DNA of 64,000 nucleotides from positions 1 to 64,000 of the forward strand of contig FLMG01002850.1 in assembly GCA_900088475.1 (NCBI GenBank), written 5' to 3'. The notes under the pieces were generated by a model. The model saw only the letters and a program-made list of their open reading frames with translations. It was not told the DNA's origin and searched no databases. The position numbers were made by a program, and so were the translations under genes. Below, piece after piece: positions 26,101 to 38,431 of the stretch (the first letter of the stretch is position 1; each line of letters starts with the position of its first letter). This DNA is from Hyphochytrium catenoides (lineage: Eukaryota > Protista > Hyphochytriomycota).

Positions 26101-29100
26101 GCCATCTCGGAGCTCAGCTCTGTCATGAAGCTCCTTGACACCGTTGGTGCCATGCTGACTTCACTTCCATGACAGGAATGTATGAATCTTTGATGAGCAG
26201 TGATGGTAACATGACAAACGTTGCAAGGGCTACGCTCCTTCGCAAGTTCGACTTCAATTCGTGGCTCTCCTCCTCGCCTTCTGCGGAGGACGTCATCAGA
26301 CTACTGAGACTAGTAGCGGCGCAATTAAGGGGGCCTACAACGAATAAGAGTCACCAGTCAATTTCCGAGACCGAACGGGAGGTAGCCGACTTGGATGAGG
26401 ATCCTATTATAGATGAAGATGCCGAAAATGAAGCCGCAATGGAGATTTTTCGTCTACATTGCGCAATCTTTCACCGTATCTGTGTCCAAGACTTAAATGG
26501 GCATTTTTCGCACCTTATGAAGATCCTCCTAGGATACACTTCGAACAACAACACGAACGAGCTTGAGACTGCAGCTATGGCTGCGGGCAGGCTGAGGGCC
26601 ATGGGTACCACCGAGCGTCTTCCCCAGCCTTTGCCCTTAGAAGTCTGGAACGCAGTACTCGCCGTTCCGCTTGTACACTGGCATGAGCTCACGCATGCTA
26701 CGGTATGAGAGTGCCATTCGCCTTACTACCACAAGCTGTTATCTATTCGCTACCATCCGCAACTCCATGTTCTTCCATCTCTCTGACAACTCGACCGGCT
26801 TTCAGTATCTCTTTAATAGCATAACTCGACCGGCTTTGCTCGGGTTACTCTTAGCTAGCAAACTTCAGCGATTACCTTCATCTGACACCTCTGCTTTTTG
26901 GCGGTTTGAAGGTTTTGGAGGCGTTCACAATCATTGAGGAACACATCCAGTTCCTACAGAGAAGTCTAGTGGCGGTGAGGGAAAAGGAGGTGGTTGGTGT
27001 CCTTCCCCAGTGGCGAGCTCTAGGTACGTCAAGATGAGACGCCTAACCCCTCGTACCATTGATGACTATTATCAGANNNNNNNNNNNNNNNNNNNNNNNN
27101 NNNNNNNNNNNNNNNNNNNNNNNNNNNNNNNNTTCTCTCAATGGTGACAGTTCTTCTTCGGTTGCCTGTTCTTCGGTCAACGCTTGCTATTCAAGCTTCC
27201 TACGAGACGTGGGGCCGAGAAAGCGTGGAATCGTCTCTTCTTTGGCAGTGCTTCAAGAAGATGTTCAACCCTCTCCTGACCTCGGTCTACCAGCCTGCAA
27301 CAGGCACCAGGACAGCGAGGATATTGCCACCTTGGATGGAAGAAGATACGAATACTGTTTCCGCGGTTCTATCTTCTTTTTCATCTTCGCTGTCTCATTT
27401 AATGGGCAATGAAGGCATCAACGTGCAGCCTCCCTCCCTTAGACCGCCTTTGGTCCTAAACGCTCTCTGGAAGAACTTTGCCGATCTAAGGCAGCATTCG
27501 CCGGAGGTAAGATGGCATGAGTGGCGTGTCTCTCTTACGTGTAAAGTGTATCCTTAAGATTGGCTTCGCTCATCTTCATCACTCTCATTTAAGCTATAAG
27601 GCTGAATGTCGTGGGCTGGCTCTTTGATCTGGGCTGTAGTCTCTTGCTGTGTCAATCTATCGCAGGGCCATCTGTCGTGAGTAACCCTAAGATTTGTCTA
27701 ATATTCTTGCTGGGGGTTACTTGTGCACTACAGTACGTCCTACGCTCTTTCGTTTCCACTTTGCGCAAATGTCCATGGGAGGACTGGCCTCTAACGCCGC
27801 AAGTACTGAGCGACATGGAAAAGTTCGTTGAGGTATATCCGCCATCACATCCAGTAATACTCTTGGCTGGGGAGATACTTTGTAGGGCGAACTATGGACT
27901 TACCCACCAGTGCCTCGTAGCGAGGGAAAGAGATCAGGGACATGGCGAAGGTAGGACGGACGAAGCCGGCTCGGTGCTAGACTGCCTCTGCAATTGATGG
28001 CGCTTCGCTTCATGGCCTTCCCTTGGTTATTCTTTCCGTTTGGCGCTCCTTGGGATCTGTTACTTTGTCCCACATACTGAAGGCACCATTTCTTTTCTGT
28101 CAATCATTTTTCTACCAATGTGGGCTATTACTTACGTTTCCACTATCCTGACTCACCCATTGTGGATGGTCACCTAATCCATCTATATTTGGGTGGTAGA
28201 GTTCAGCGTCGGGGCCTTCTATGGACAGTTGGTGCTCCTGTATGTGAAGCTGATTGCTTCCCAGAAATCAAAGATCCCTCCCATACTTGTAAACTTCATC
28301 TCGGACTCCGGAGTGTTCTCTTCATTGGCTTGGGGCTCCATTACCCCTGAGTCCTATGACCGGATAGCCGGAGAATGCATTACCATGCTTCACACTAGCT
28401 GCTCAGTTACGGACCAATTGGTGGAGGACTTGGAAAGCCAGGACTTAGTCTTGCTTGCGGACAGTGTCAACGAACGATCGATCAATTGCTTCCGAGTCCT
28501 GTATCTGCTTACCGAATTCTCATTGCTAAAGGCTACTACCTCTTCCATACATAGTTCGTCGTGTCTATCACGCGTGCGCAAGCTGAAGTCTCTGTTACGG
28601 TTCCTTCAGCAACCTTTGGGTGGAGATACGTCTAGAGAATTCTATGGACTCTCCCCAAGTAGCTTTGCAGGTCTTCTGCACGAGGTAAATTTCTTGGAAT
28701 ATCGCAATCCAGCCTTCTCTGTTCTTCTAGTTTTCTGGAAGTCTTGCCCTCTTGGCCAAATTTGTTCCTCGTCTATGCAATATGATACACTCTTGCTTCC
28801 GGCGGGGCTCTCCTTGCCGTTCTTCCCCATTCTTTTCTCAACAGTTATTAGGGGTTAGGGGCCTTACGCTGCGGTTAGCTGTGCGTTCTTGCTATGGGGT
28901 GGTTAGTTTTTCAAGCTTCTCCCTATGCCCTCTGACAGTTTTTGCCTGTAAATTCTTATAGATTCTTAATGAGACCGTTGTCAAAGCTCCGATCATCATC
29001 GGATTGGTAGGCCAGGAGGAGATGATGGGCATCATTCGTGAGGTGGTGGCCTTTGCAAACCTATGCGCGGTGGACGTAGTGCCTCTCCCTCCGCCTGGCC

Positions 29101-30810
29101 GCTCTCCTTCAGTGTCTCTGTCTTTTCAAAAAAGCTGGGCAATGCCCGGCTGGGGTGTGATAAAGGACAAGCTCTCTAATGTTGCCCGAGACAAACTCCT
29201 GACTTTGAGCAGAGAAGAAGGAGTGGACAGTCAAAAGACGGAACAAAGCGCCGCTAGAACGAAAACGTTGAAGGACTTAACCGAGGACAACACTAAAGCT
29301 GTGGGGGCAGCTGTAGGGGGGGTGATCTGGGAGTTCCTGCGCTCTCCTCAACTGTCGCTGGCGACGCTCTCGGCCTCCTGCCGGGTGTTGACTTCAGTGC
29401 GGACGATGGCTGTGGTCTTGGAGGGTTGCATCGAAGGACATCTCATGCAGTCAAGTGATTGGGGCCCAATAGGTAGGTCATCAGTTATATAAAGGAGCTG
29501 AATGCAAACGTCGTCTCCAGCTCTGCGGCCGGTTTCTCGGGTTCCTTTATGGTCGTCTACTAGCTATGAGAGGTTCGCCTATCATTGCCTATCTTTGCTC
29601 TAACTCGTGCCTGTGATATCAGCTGAGGTTCTTGAGGTGCCAGAGCTCTCAGCCAAGGAGTTCCATGGAGCCTGTATGGAACTTGCGTCGGCTCTCACGC
29701 TATATGCATCCGTCTTCCAGGTAACCATGAGGTGTTTTTGAGCACTTAGATCACTGGGCAGCGACTTATTGAGCTTGGATAGTGTGCTCTATTTGGTGGA
29801 GAGGGAGGAGAGGATGCAAGCTGCTTCCGACCACTTCTCGCTCCGCTCTTTATCAATTACTAAGTGTCCTGACGTCGAATGCGCAGGACGTGCGTAGACT
29901 CAAAACTCCTCCGAGCGCTGCAGTACTACAGCTAATGGGAGCTCTGGAGGAGCTGAAACTTCCCAGAGGAAGCGAGCACAAGGCCATTTTCCTTGCCGTT
30001 CAGATTGTTCATGTCTGCGCTAGAACGCCGCCAGTTATACCAGGCGCAATAGTTAAAGACACGCTCCAAAAGGTAGCAATATGTGCTCTACATGACCACC
30101 CTTTCCTCCTCTTTGTCCAAGATTTGCGCTTACCCAAAATTCTCCTCTTTGTGGCTGGTCTGTCTCTTAGCCCAACTTCTTGCAAATGGTTCATGCTGCC
30201 TATTTTCATCTTTATCGTGACGTGTAGGTCGTTGGCGTCCTTACTCGCTATGGAGAGAACAGAATAACTGCGAGTTTGATGGGAGCGCTAGGCTTAGGAG
30301 AAAGGTGAGCATCGGAAACTCTCTCCGAGGTCCTTAACTTTATACTCTATGTCAAGTGCAAGTCTTGTCTAAGTTACATTATTGATGAGTATCATTCCAC
30401 GAAAGCTCTAGACACTGAGTATCGTCTTTCCGTATTTTGTGCCCACCTGCTCCAGCTCTTCGCATTCAGAGGAGTTTGCAATAGCGAGCAGAGCTATTAG
30501 CTTCTTCCTATCGCTACAAGTGCCCGACGAGGGTCTGATCCGTCTGGATAGCAGCTATCCGACGGAGATCAATCCGACCAAAAAAGAGAAGCTAGGGTCT
30601 GCCTTCCGCGCCATGTGCACCCGAAAGAACTTCCAGGGTTATGTAGAGCATTTGCAGTGGGCATATGATTACATAGTCGATGAGTCCCACTCTTTGGCGA
30701 CATTTCAAGAGTTTGTGGACTTGCTTCTGTACCCTCTTTTTCCTCAGCTCCGATGGCTGGGCACTTCTTCACTATTTCCTGCTTCTCCCGCCTCCTTTGC
30801 AAACCGGTGA
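14103..30810 (+). CDS. EPG5: Ectopic P granules protein 5 homolog (autophagosome-lysosome fusion tether), very large multi-exon gene
   Basis: Consecutive exons give EPG5-like blocks: LQHCIDVLFYFER; FRRALRIWLDRCCAALLKVSNLRDSVFLLRH...WALNYLQ; LDHYIAMVSLLLQP; EDFIALFEQCP; FKGFPLDNWRPTEDDFTIIRDWL...ARHILEALNWG; PLIWQLLFTHYFAR; FYTALSLWMEE; C-terminal LLYPLFPQLRWL. Two N gaps lie inside the gene; some exon boundaries are uncertain. Confidence 0.85.
20376..20396 (+). repeat. Interstitial telomere-type (TTAGGG)n tract, about 3.5 units, in an EPG5 intron
   Basis: agggttagggttagggttagg read directly from the sequence. Confidence 0.75.
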
Positions 30811-30957
30811 GACATTGGATGACTTGCCTAACCCCAGACGTTCTTCAATTACTTCTTATTATATATAGATAGGCCGAAAAGGTCAATCAAAGGCTTACTC
30901 CCAATTCACAAGGTTAGCTATTATGACTAAGGAGAGTTAGCAATGACGCTGTTAACG

Positions 30958-32881
30958 TCATGAACGAGGTTTGGTTGGGACTCCTTTTTTGTCAATGACA
31001 GCCCACATCCCTCTCGAAAGCGGGATGCGATGGCCTTCCTTCTTCTTTGCGGACTTCAACGCCTTGGCAGTCTTCTTCCTTTTCTCCTCTATCGCCTCAG
31101 CTAGCCAAGAACCACAATCATTAGCTACGGAAATACAAGGAGAACCATTTGCAATGCGCTCACCATCAGCTCTCAACTTGTCCAAGTCCTTGCGCTCTAC
31201 TTTACCCTTCTGCTTTACTCCTTCCGCCTGCTCTTTGATGACAAGCGTATCAATGTCATTCGCACTACTCTTCACGCCAAGTCGCTCCAGCGTTGCATCC
31301 TTCAGTGATGGTAGAGGAAAAATATGAGGGAACCACATTATAACCTGAGGGAACCACATTATAACCTTTGGTCCGTGTTATCTCTCTTTGTCAATCAGGT
31401 AATTGAATGTCTTCGACACTTCCTTTCTGTCCTTGAGAAGGGGCTGCACAACCCTCTCCTCCTCCTCTGGCTGACCACCTCCGACTTTCTATCTAACCCT
31501 TCTTCGTGAGTTTGCAACTGACAACCAGTATTTGTCTCTTAAGCATTGAGCTACCACTATATTCTGCCACAAAGTTGCGATTTCCATGTATGACGCAAGC
31601 TCTTTACTTACCGTAAGCTGGCGCCCTGCATAGTCAGCCGATCCCGGACGCAAGTAGGAAGGCCTGAGTTCCTGAAGGGTAAGATTAGTTGTGAGCCGTG
31701 TGGCAGGACAAGCTCATGGCAGAAGATGAGACTCCGAGAGCAATGCTCAGGGCGATAGTACAAGATAGCATATATTAGCAGGAGAAGACAAGGTGATACT
31801 GAAAACAAGAGACGGAACGGAGGGCTTAGGAACTCAAGTCTAAAAAGATAGAGAGAAATTTTGGCACTGACGAGGACACACTGCCAGGTTAACACTTATC
31901 AGTCCCGTCAAAATGTCCGTTATAGCCATACCAGAGGACGATTGTCTTTTCTGATGTTCTTCTGCTTTGATCTGCGCTTCTTCCTTTTCCTCTGTCTCTC
32001 TTCTCCATCTTGTACGATGTCCTGTTGGGCACCCAGCGCGCCACTCTCACCCACTGGGCCTCGCTGCGACCCGTCGGAGACATGATTCTGTCCTCTTGCA
32101 TTGCCAGGTTCCTGCGATACGTTCTTCCTTCCTTCAGATGTTCTATTCTTCTTCTCTGTCACTCCTAAGTCCTGAATCATACTTGGGGTCAGGCCTCACC
32201 TCAGGGAGGGAAGAAGAAGAGAGGAGGATTAACAAGAAAGTGACACATACCTCAGATGCAGCTGCAGGTCTCGCTGATGAAGATGGCACTTCTTTCGTTT
32301 TCTCCCCCTCTCGCTTCGTTGTTTGAACGTCACTCCGTTCCTCCGGCGCAGCGTCGTCTTCCTTCTTCTTCTTCTTCTTCCGGCTTCTCTTCTTCTTAGC
32401 TGCGGGTGCACCCTCAACCACCGCCTTTATAGGGTCATTTGGTGCCTTTCTCTCTTTTATGGCTGTCGTTCGTGACTCTTCCTCTTCGTCACTCTCCTCA
32501 TCTACCTTCACAGCTTCCTCTTCCTCCTCTCGCCTTCTCTTTTTCGAGAGAAGTCTCTTAAGCTTCTTCTCTTCCTCAGTTGCAGTCTAAAGCAGCAGGA
32601 CAGAGAAGGGGATGTGGGTTCTCCTGGCCCTCCTTCCCTTTTCTTCTCTCGATAATCTTAGTGCTCTGGTGGCAGTCTCTTACCTCTTTTGCTTTGGTGA
32701 TGATAGCACCGAGACCTCCCTTCCCTCTATGTGCAATGACCTCTTCCTCGGCCTCTTTCTTCTGTCCTGTCTTTCCATCTTCAGCGCCAGCTGAGTCGCC
32801 AATCCAGCCACTGACGACGGAAAGCGCCTGGGAGGAGAACACTACATCCTCGCTCGCTCCTTCTTCCTTCTGTTTGGGCAT
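30958..32881 (-). CDS. Lys/Glu-rich, probably nucleolar protein (DUF3245-like)
   Basis: Exons give MPKQKEE...ALSVVSGW...RGKGGLGA..., KKKRSRKKKKK, RKKRRSKQKNIRKDNRP, ELRPSYLRPGSADYAGRQLT|DATLERLG, joined by GT-AG introns. The family label is tentative. Confidence 0.7.
31325..31366. repeat. Perfect 21-bp tandem duplication (TGAGGGAACCACATTATAACC x2) in an intron
   Basis: Read directly from the sequence. Confidence 0.95.
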
Positions 32882-33265
32882 TTTGTCCGTGTCCGTGTAC
32901 ACCTGATCGTACTTCTATCCTCTTCTACTTTGACCCTGCCTCCTGGCTTAGAAGCACACTAGGTGTTCCCTTTCTATATGTTGCTTTTTTAAGGTCACGC
33001 TGGCCCAGTTGCACTGTTCTCCTAGCAGCCAAGCCTGTCGAGCTCTGAGCACCCTGCTCTGGCGCCCTCGGGGCCCTGTGGAGAGAGAGGAAGGGGAAGG
33101 GAGCAGGAGGAGTGCATGAAGGATCAGAAGACAGAGAGGAAGAGAAAGGTCACAGCGGCAGCGATCAGAATGAGAAATGGGTGGTGCGTTGACATGTGGG
33201 AAAGCCTAATTCCTTCGCCAACACAGAGGTTTGATTGTGGGAAAGTCAAAGTTTGGCGTTTTTGG

Positions 33266-33294
33266 TTCTGATGGAAAACCTTTGGCTTCTGATG
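33266..33294. promoter_or_regulatory. Paired TTCTGATG candidate promoter motif in the divergent DUF3245-like/BMT5 intergenic region
   Basis: Two copies, at 33266-33273 and 33287-33294. The same 8-mer recurs upstream of several other genes (see findings). Confidence 0.4.
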
Positions 33295-33557
33295 TCCTGG
33301 CTTCCTGTCATCCTCAGCTTGTCAGAGACCTGGCGGATTGACGGAGAAAGCAGCTTATGAAAGGCGGAGCTCCAGCGCGAGAGAGTAGAAGAGACAGAGA
33401 ACTAAACTCGGCCCCAGAAGCAAGGGTAAGGAGGCGGAGGGAGAGGCTTGTCAGGGTTTGGGAAGAGTGAGAGATTTGTGCAGTTAAGGAGCTTCGCCAA
33501 CAGTCAAGCCTGCATCGTAAAGTGGTTCTCATCGCACCGTAGGCGTTGCCAATAGTA

Positions 33558-35382
33558 ATGGGGAAGCGAGAGAAGCAGCGGGCAAGAAAGCTAAAGAAAA
33601 GCCGGGTGCAAAGAAAGGAGACCAACGTCAAGCGGCCGCGGGCTGCTCTGACCGGACTGAAGGAAAGGCGAATCACCCCAACCTACACCTCTCCTTCTGG
33701 AGCCCAGAAGAGGAAGAGGAGCACTGTGGAGAAGCCAAATTCTTCCGTTAACTTTCTATATAAGCCGACCCAGGCTATTCTGGTTGTGGGCGATGGCGGT
33801 AGGATAGACAACCTCTCTTTGGACTAGAGGGAGCTCCCTATCTCTTAGTAGTGCTCATCACTTTCCTCTTGCTCTTTCGCTATACCACCCCGGACTTGCT
33901 CTCTAAGTTCAGCACTCCATTCTCCTTCCTCTTGCATCGCCATCTCCGTCCTTGTTGATCCATCCATCACGCCCTTACTCCTGTCTCTACCTCTAGATCC
34001 TGGTTAGGGTCTTGCTCTACGATCTTCAATCTATGTTGTGTATATCTCAAACCTGTACCTTTCGTCTCGCTTGGCAGATTTCTCCTTCTCTCGCGCGTTG
34101 CTGCGAAGGCTTGCGGAAGAAAGGAAGGTGGGCGGAGGAAGGGTAGAGCTGTGCGTGCTCTGCACTTCTCTGGACAGCAAAAAGAAAGTATTAGAGAAGT
34201 ACAAAGGCGCAGCCGAATGCTTGCAGGAGATAGAAAAGCTCGGAGGGAGAGTAAGGCACGCCGTGGATGGGACAAAATTGGAGAAAACTCTGAATAGAGG
34301 GAATGAGAAGTTTGACCGCATAATCTTTAACTTTCCCCACAGGTGAGACTTGAAAGAGGCAGGCTCTCATCTCGTTGCCTCTTCAGTACTCTTTCTTACT
34401 TTCATCCCTGCTCGGTCCTTTGTCATTGTGGCGTTTCCTTTGGTCCCTTATCTCTAGCCGCGGTCGGTCCCATTTGCCCTTGACCTTGTCACTGCGTTCT
34501 GCGTTGAACCGTTTGCTCGGTCTGAAGGGACCCACATTTCCCTGGGCTTTCGCCATTTCTCTAATTCTGACTTCTTCTCCTACACAAGGCGGTGACCTTG
34601 GTCTTTCCTTGTACGTGTCCCCTTGACAGTCACTTCTCCTGATGGACTCTACCGCTGCTCTCTTCTCGCTTCCCCCTCTCTCCCTCTGACGGCTTTGCTA
34701 TCTGTCGATCAGTGGTCAGCAAAGAGTGCATATAAACAGGACTCTTCTTCGTGACTTCTTCGTCTCTGCTCAACGCCTTCTTCAACCACTCGGGCAAATT
34801 CATGTGGCTTTGAAGATCAAGCCTCCCTATTCAAACTGGAAAATAGAGGAGCAAGCAAGAGAGAGCGGGCTTGTTGTCCTCTCTTGTCTCCCATTCTACC
34901 TTGATCACTTCCCGGGATATCGCCATCGAACAACAGATCCGCTGGCCCAGAAATTTGAGGCAGAGTTTTGCCGGACCTTCGTCTTTGTCAGACCTTCAAG
35001 TCACAATATTGATAGTGGAGCGAAGAAAGAAGAACCGACGCAAGAGATAGAGGATGGACAACCCAACGACACGACTTCCGAAGGAGGTGATGTCAACCGC
35101 TCCCAACAGGAAAGGGACAAGAACGTAGAGGTTGCAACGAATGAACCACGATCTCTTCAGGCAACAGTCGACATCAAGCGACAAAGGATAGTTGAGGCAA
35201 CATCCCCCGTCACTGTTGGAGAGGATGTGTCTAGTGATACTCAAGCCCGTCAGAAGGAAGCTTGCAAGACAAAAAGAAAGAAGAAACGGAGAAGGAGCAT
35301 GAAGGCTGAAGCGACCTCATCATCCTTGGCTGCGCCACCCACAGGCAAGAACAAGCCCGAGCACACTTCTGGAGAAGGATGA
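33558..35382 (+). CDS. BMT5: 25S rRNA uridine-N3 methyltransferase BMT5-like (DUF2431); the C-terminus may extend to 35533
   Basis: ILVVGDG|DFSFSRAL, LCTSLDS, HAVDGTKL, FDRIIFNFPH|SG, HINRTLLRDFF, IHVALK..PYSNWKI and FPGYRHRTT. Two clear GT-AG introns. Confidence 0.88.
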
Positions 35383-35585
35383 GCAAAAGAAGGAGAACGT
35401 CGATAACAAAGAGACTATGTCAAGGCTAAAGGACTATAATGACTCTGGATCACCAGCGCCTGAGAAAAGCAAGTCGCAAGCCGAACTCAGCAAAAAACGG
35501 AAGAGAAGACGAGGGAAGAAGAAAGTGCTTTGAGTTGAGATCTCTGGCTACCGAAATAAATATTGTTACTGTTCTTGTCAACCGC

Positions 35586-37492
35586 TTAACTTGTGCTGAA
35601 CTGGTCTAAGAATTCAGAAAAAGCTCTGACTGCGCTATCCTTACTCTGAATGCTTGCTTGTCCGCCTTCCTCTTCAGATCGTGATCCTCGTTTCCTGATA
35701 ATTTCTCCGCCATTCGGATCCAGGAAAAGCCGAAGACAAGGCACTAAAGCTAACAAGCGTTCAGGAATGTCTGGCTGATGACGAAAACCTTCCATTGAAG
35801 AAAGCAGCATAGGAAGATCGTCTCTCAGAACAGATAGCATGCTATTCGAAGAACTCTGGGGAAAGCTTCGGCAAGACAAAAGCTGGTGGATGAGCAGCGC
35901 CGCCGCTGACAAGACGGATTCCTCCCCTTCCGGTCTCTCCCTGTGTAGCACTTCGTAGCTAAGCATCTCTATGGCCTGATTTAAAGCTCCACCGCTGTCA
36001 TTAATGACTGTTGCTGCACCAGGAGCTACCTCCAGGATGTTGCTTAAAACCATAATGCAACTCTCTCTCGCTTGCAGTGAGGCATCTTCATCAACAAGTA
36101 TGTCGCCAACCTGCCTGACCAGGGTGCGCCACTTCGAGGAACCAATAATGTCCTCTTTCCCTTTCTCTTCTGCTCCTCCCTGTCCAGCGTCGACTGTTAT
36201 TACTTGGAGTTCAGTCTCCAACAGCTCTGCGTCATTGCTGACCAGCTCCAGGAGACGGAGAATATACTCTGCACCTGTCACCGTTTCTCCAGGAAGAGCG
36301 TGTTCGAGGAGGTCAAGCTGTTCCTGAAGAACGTCAGAAATGGCCCCTGCAAGATCCAAGTCTATGGAAAGGTATTTGAGGGCCGTCCTTGTGCCGTCAT
36401 AGTATCCGACATAAAAAGCCAGCATAGCAGACTAAGCCAACAGCAGACGAAGCGAGGACAGGAGGAAAGAGAGCACTAGTTAGAAAGGGATCACACTATT
36501 ATCGGAGTGAGTGACTAGATGGACAGTCAAACATGGGGTGTGAAATCCTCCCTCTCTCCAGTGGAGCCCCCTCGTGCTCTCCCATTCTGTCATAAGTAGC
36601 AGTAGTAGTACTTACTCGATACAGAAGCGTAGCATCCAATGAGTTCCTAAGACAGAAGACGAGCTTTTCAAGAAGCGCTGGTAGACCCAGAACCTCTTTC
36701 CACTTGGAACCTTCCATGGCTGGTTACCGGACAGCCCAACAACAGACAACAGAGAAGGTTTTGCAGTGGTGGGCGTAGAAAGAGCAGTCAGCAAAAGGCG
36801 TACGACACGATGGTTCTGATAGAGAAAGCAAAATTGGTTAACGAAGGAGAGACAAGCCAGCAGCCTTCCTACTGCCCTAGCTTTGAGTCGCACATGCCTG
36901 GTTGTTGAGAGTTATCATCAGCATAAGAAACTGACCGGATAGGAATAGATAATTAAACATCATGAGCAATATGCTCACGCCATTACTCACCTCCGTGTGC
37001 GGCGGCTGCAACAGCCGTTAGCACTCTTGAGGACTCAGAGAGGATTGCCGTTTGTTCAGTTTCTATATATATGCTGGAAAGGGTGAGACAGAGCTGGTTG
37101 CTCTGTAGAATGTGCTCCTTTACGAGCTTCGGGTGGGCAGAAATGTTAGCCAAGATGCCAATCACCACTTCTATGACCCGATATCCGACTCTTGGCTCAA
37201 TCTTCTCCTCTTCTTGCTCCCTCTTTGTCGAGTAAAGTACTTGCAGCAGGACTTCAAGGATCGAGTTCTGCAGCAAGAAGGCCGAGTGATACTCTGTGGC
37301 GCAAAGGTCCCATAGCGTACATCCCGCACGAATCCTAGGAGTCCATGCTCCTGCCTGCTCTTCAGCGGATTCCTCATCCTCACCTTGGGTCTCGTCCTGG
37401 GTACCCTGGGCAACCCCTAGGAATACCCGTAGCAAGTGCAAAACATGGCTTTCATCGACCAAACTTTGCTCTTGACTCTCCGTCTTTCCCAT
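35586..37492 (-). CDS. SAAL1: SAAL1-like ARM-repeat protein
   Basis: CTLWDL...FLLQNSILEVL...RVIEVVIGILANI...ILSESSRVL and LLEKLVFCLRNSLDATLL match the SAAL1 pattern. Three exons. Confidence 0.7.
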
Positions 37493-38431
37493 GTTCCTGA
37501 CCTTTATAAGCTGTATATAATAAAGCTAAGCCAAGACACAGCCAGGAGTCACTCCGCTTCCACAACGCCATTGTCATGGCTCTCGATTTCCACAGCTTCA
37601 TTGCTCTTTGGAGATCTCAAAGAGTCATTTCTGCAGTGAACTGAAAGTCAAATATTGTACTCTGAAAGGAGAAAGAACTCAGTGTACGAAAGTACCATTT
37701 ATCCCCGAGAACAATGGCACAAGTACTTTGGTTGTCTCCCTTCCCCGCACTAAAGCAAAGGACATCCTTTCATTGTCCTGATGTCAACCCAAAATAGTTG
37801 CAAAAGCTCTAGATTACAGCGTCGGTTCTGAAAAGAGCTGTAACGTCATCAGAAGCCGATGCTGTTGGCAAAGATCTGCTCATGTTTAGTTAGCTTGCAC
37901 GCCATTGCAGTGCCAATGAGGAAGATCATACAGCACTTGAGGCGGCCCGTAAGTCCCTTCCAGATCTCCAAGCTGGCGCAGCGATACTACGATGTCTGTT
38001 GCATCAGAAGCGTACAGGTAGCTACTAGATAAGCTCATTGGACCTCGAGTCTAGTAGCATCGGCATTGTCCCTGATAGATAAGCTTATGGGAGCTTGAGT
38101 CAAACAAATTGACAGGTTGACGCTAGTAAGAGCTCGAGTGCCTAATTTCTTCTTCTCGAGGTCTTCTAGGCCACATAATTAGAACAGCGAGAATACGCAG
38201 CATTATATGTTAGAAACCTGGTTCAGATAAGTGACCCTGTACTGAAAATGGCCGGGGCACTTCTTCTGGTTGGCCAACCCTCTTGTTGAGCAGCCATTCC
38301 CTACTGTAGGTAGGAGCTTCTTTCCCGTTGTGCCGAAACCTTCCCGGCAATAAATTAATAGTCATACTCCATCCCACCGTAGACTTTTAGGGCTTCACAT
38401 GACGTTTACGAAGTACTTCTTCTTGCAGCCA

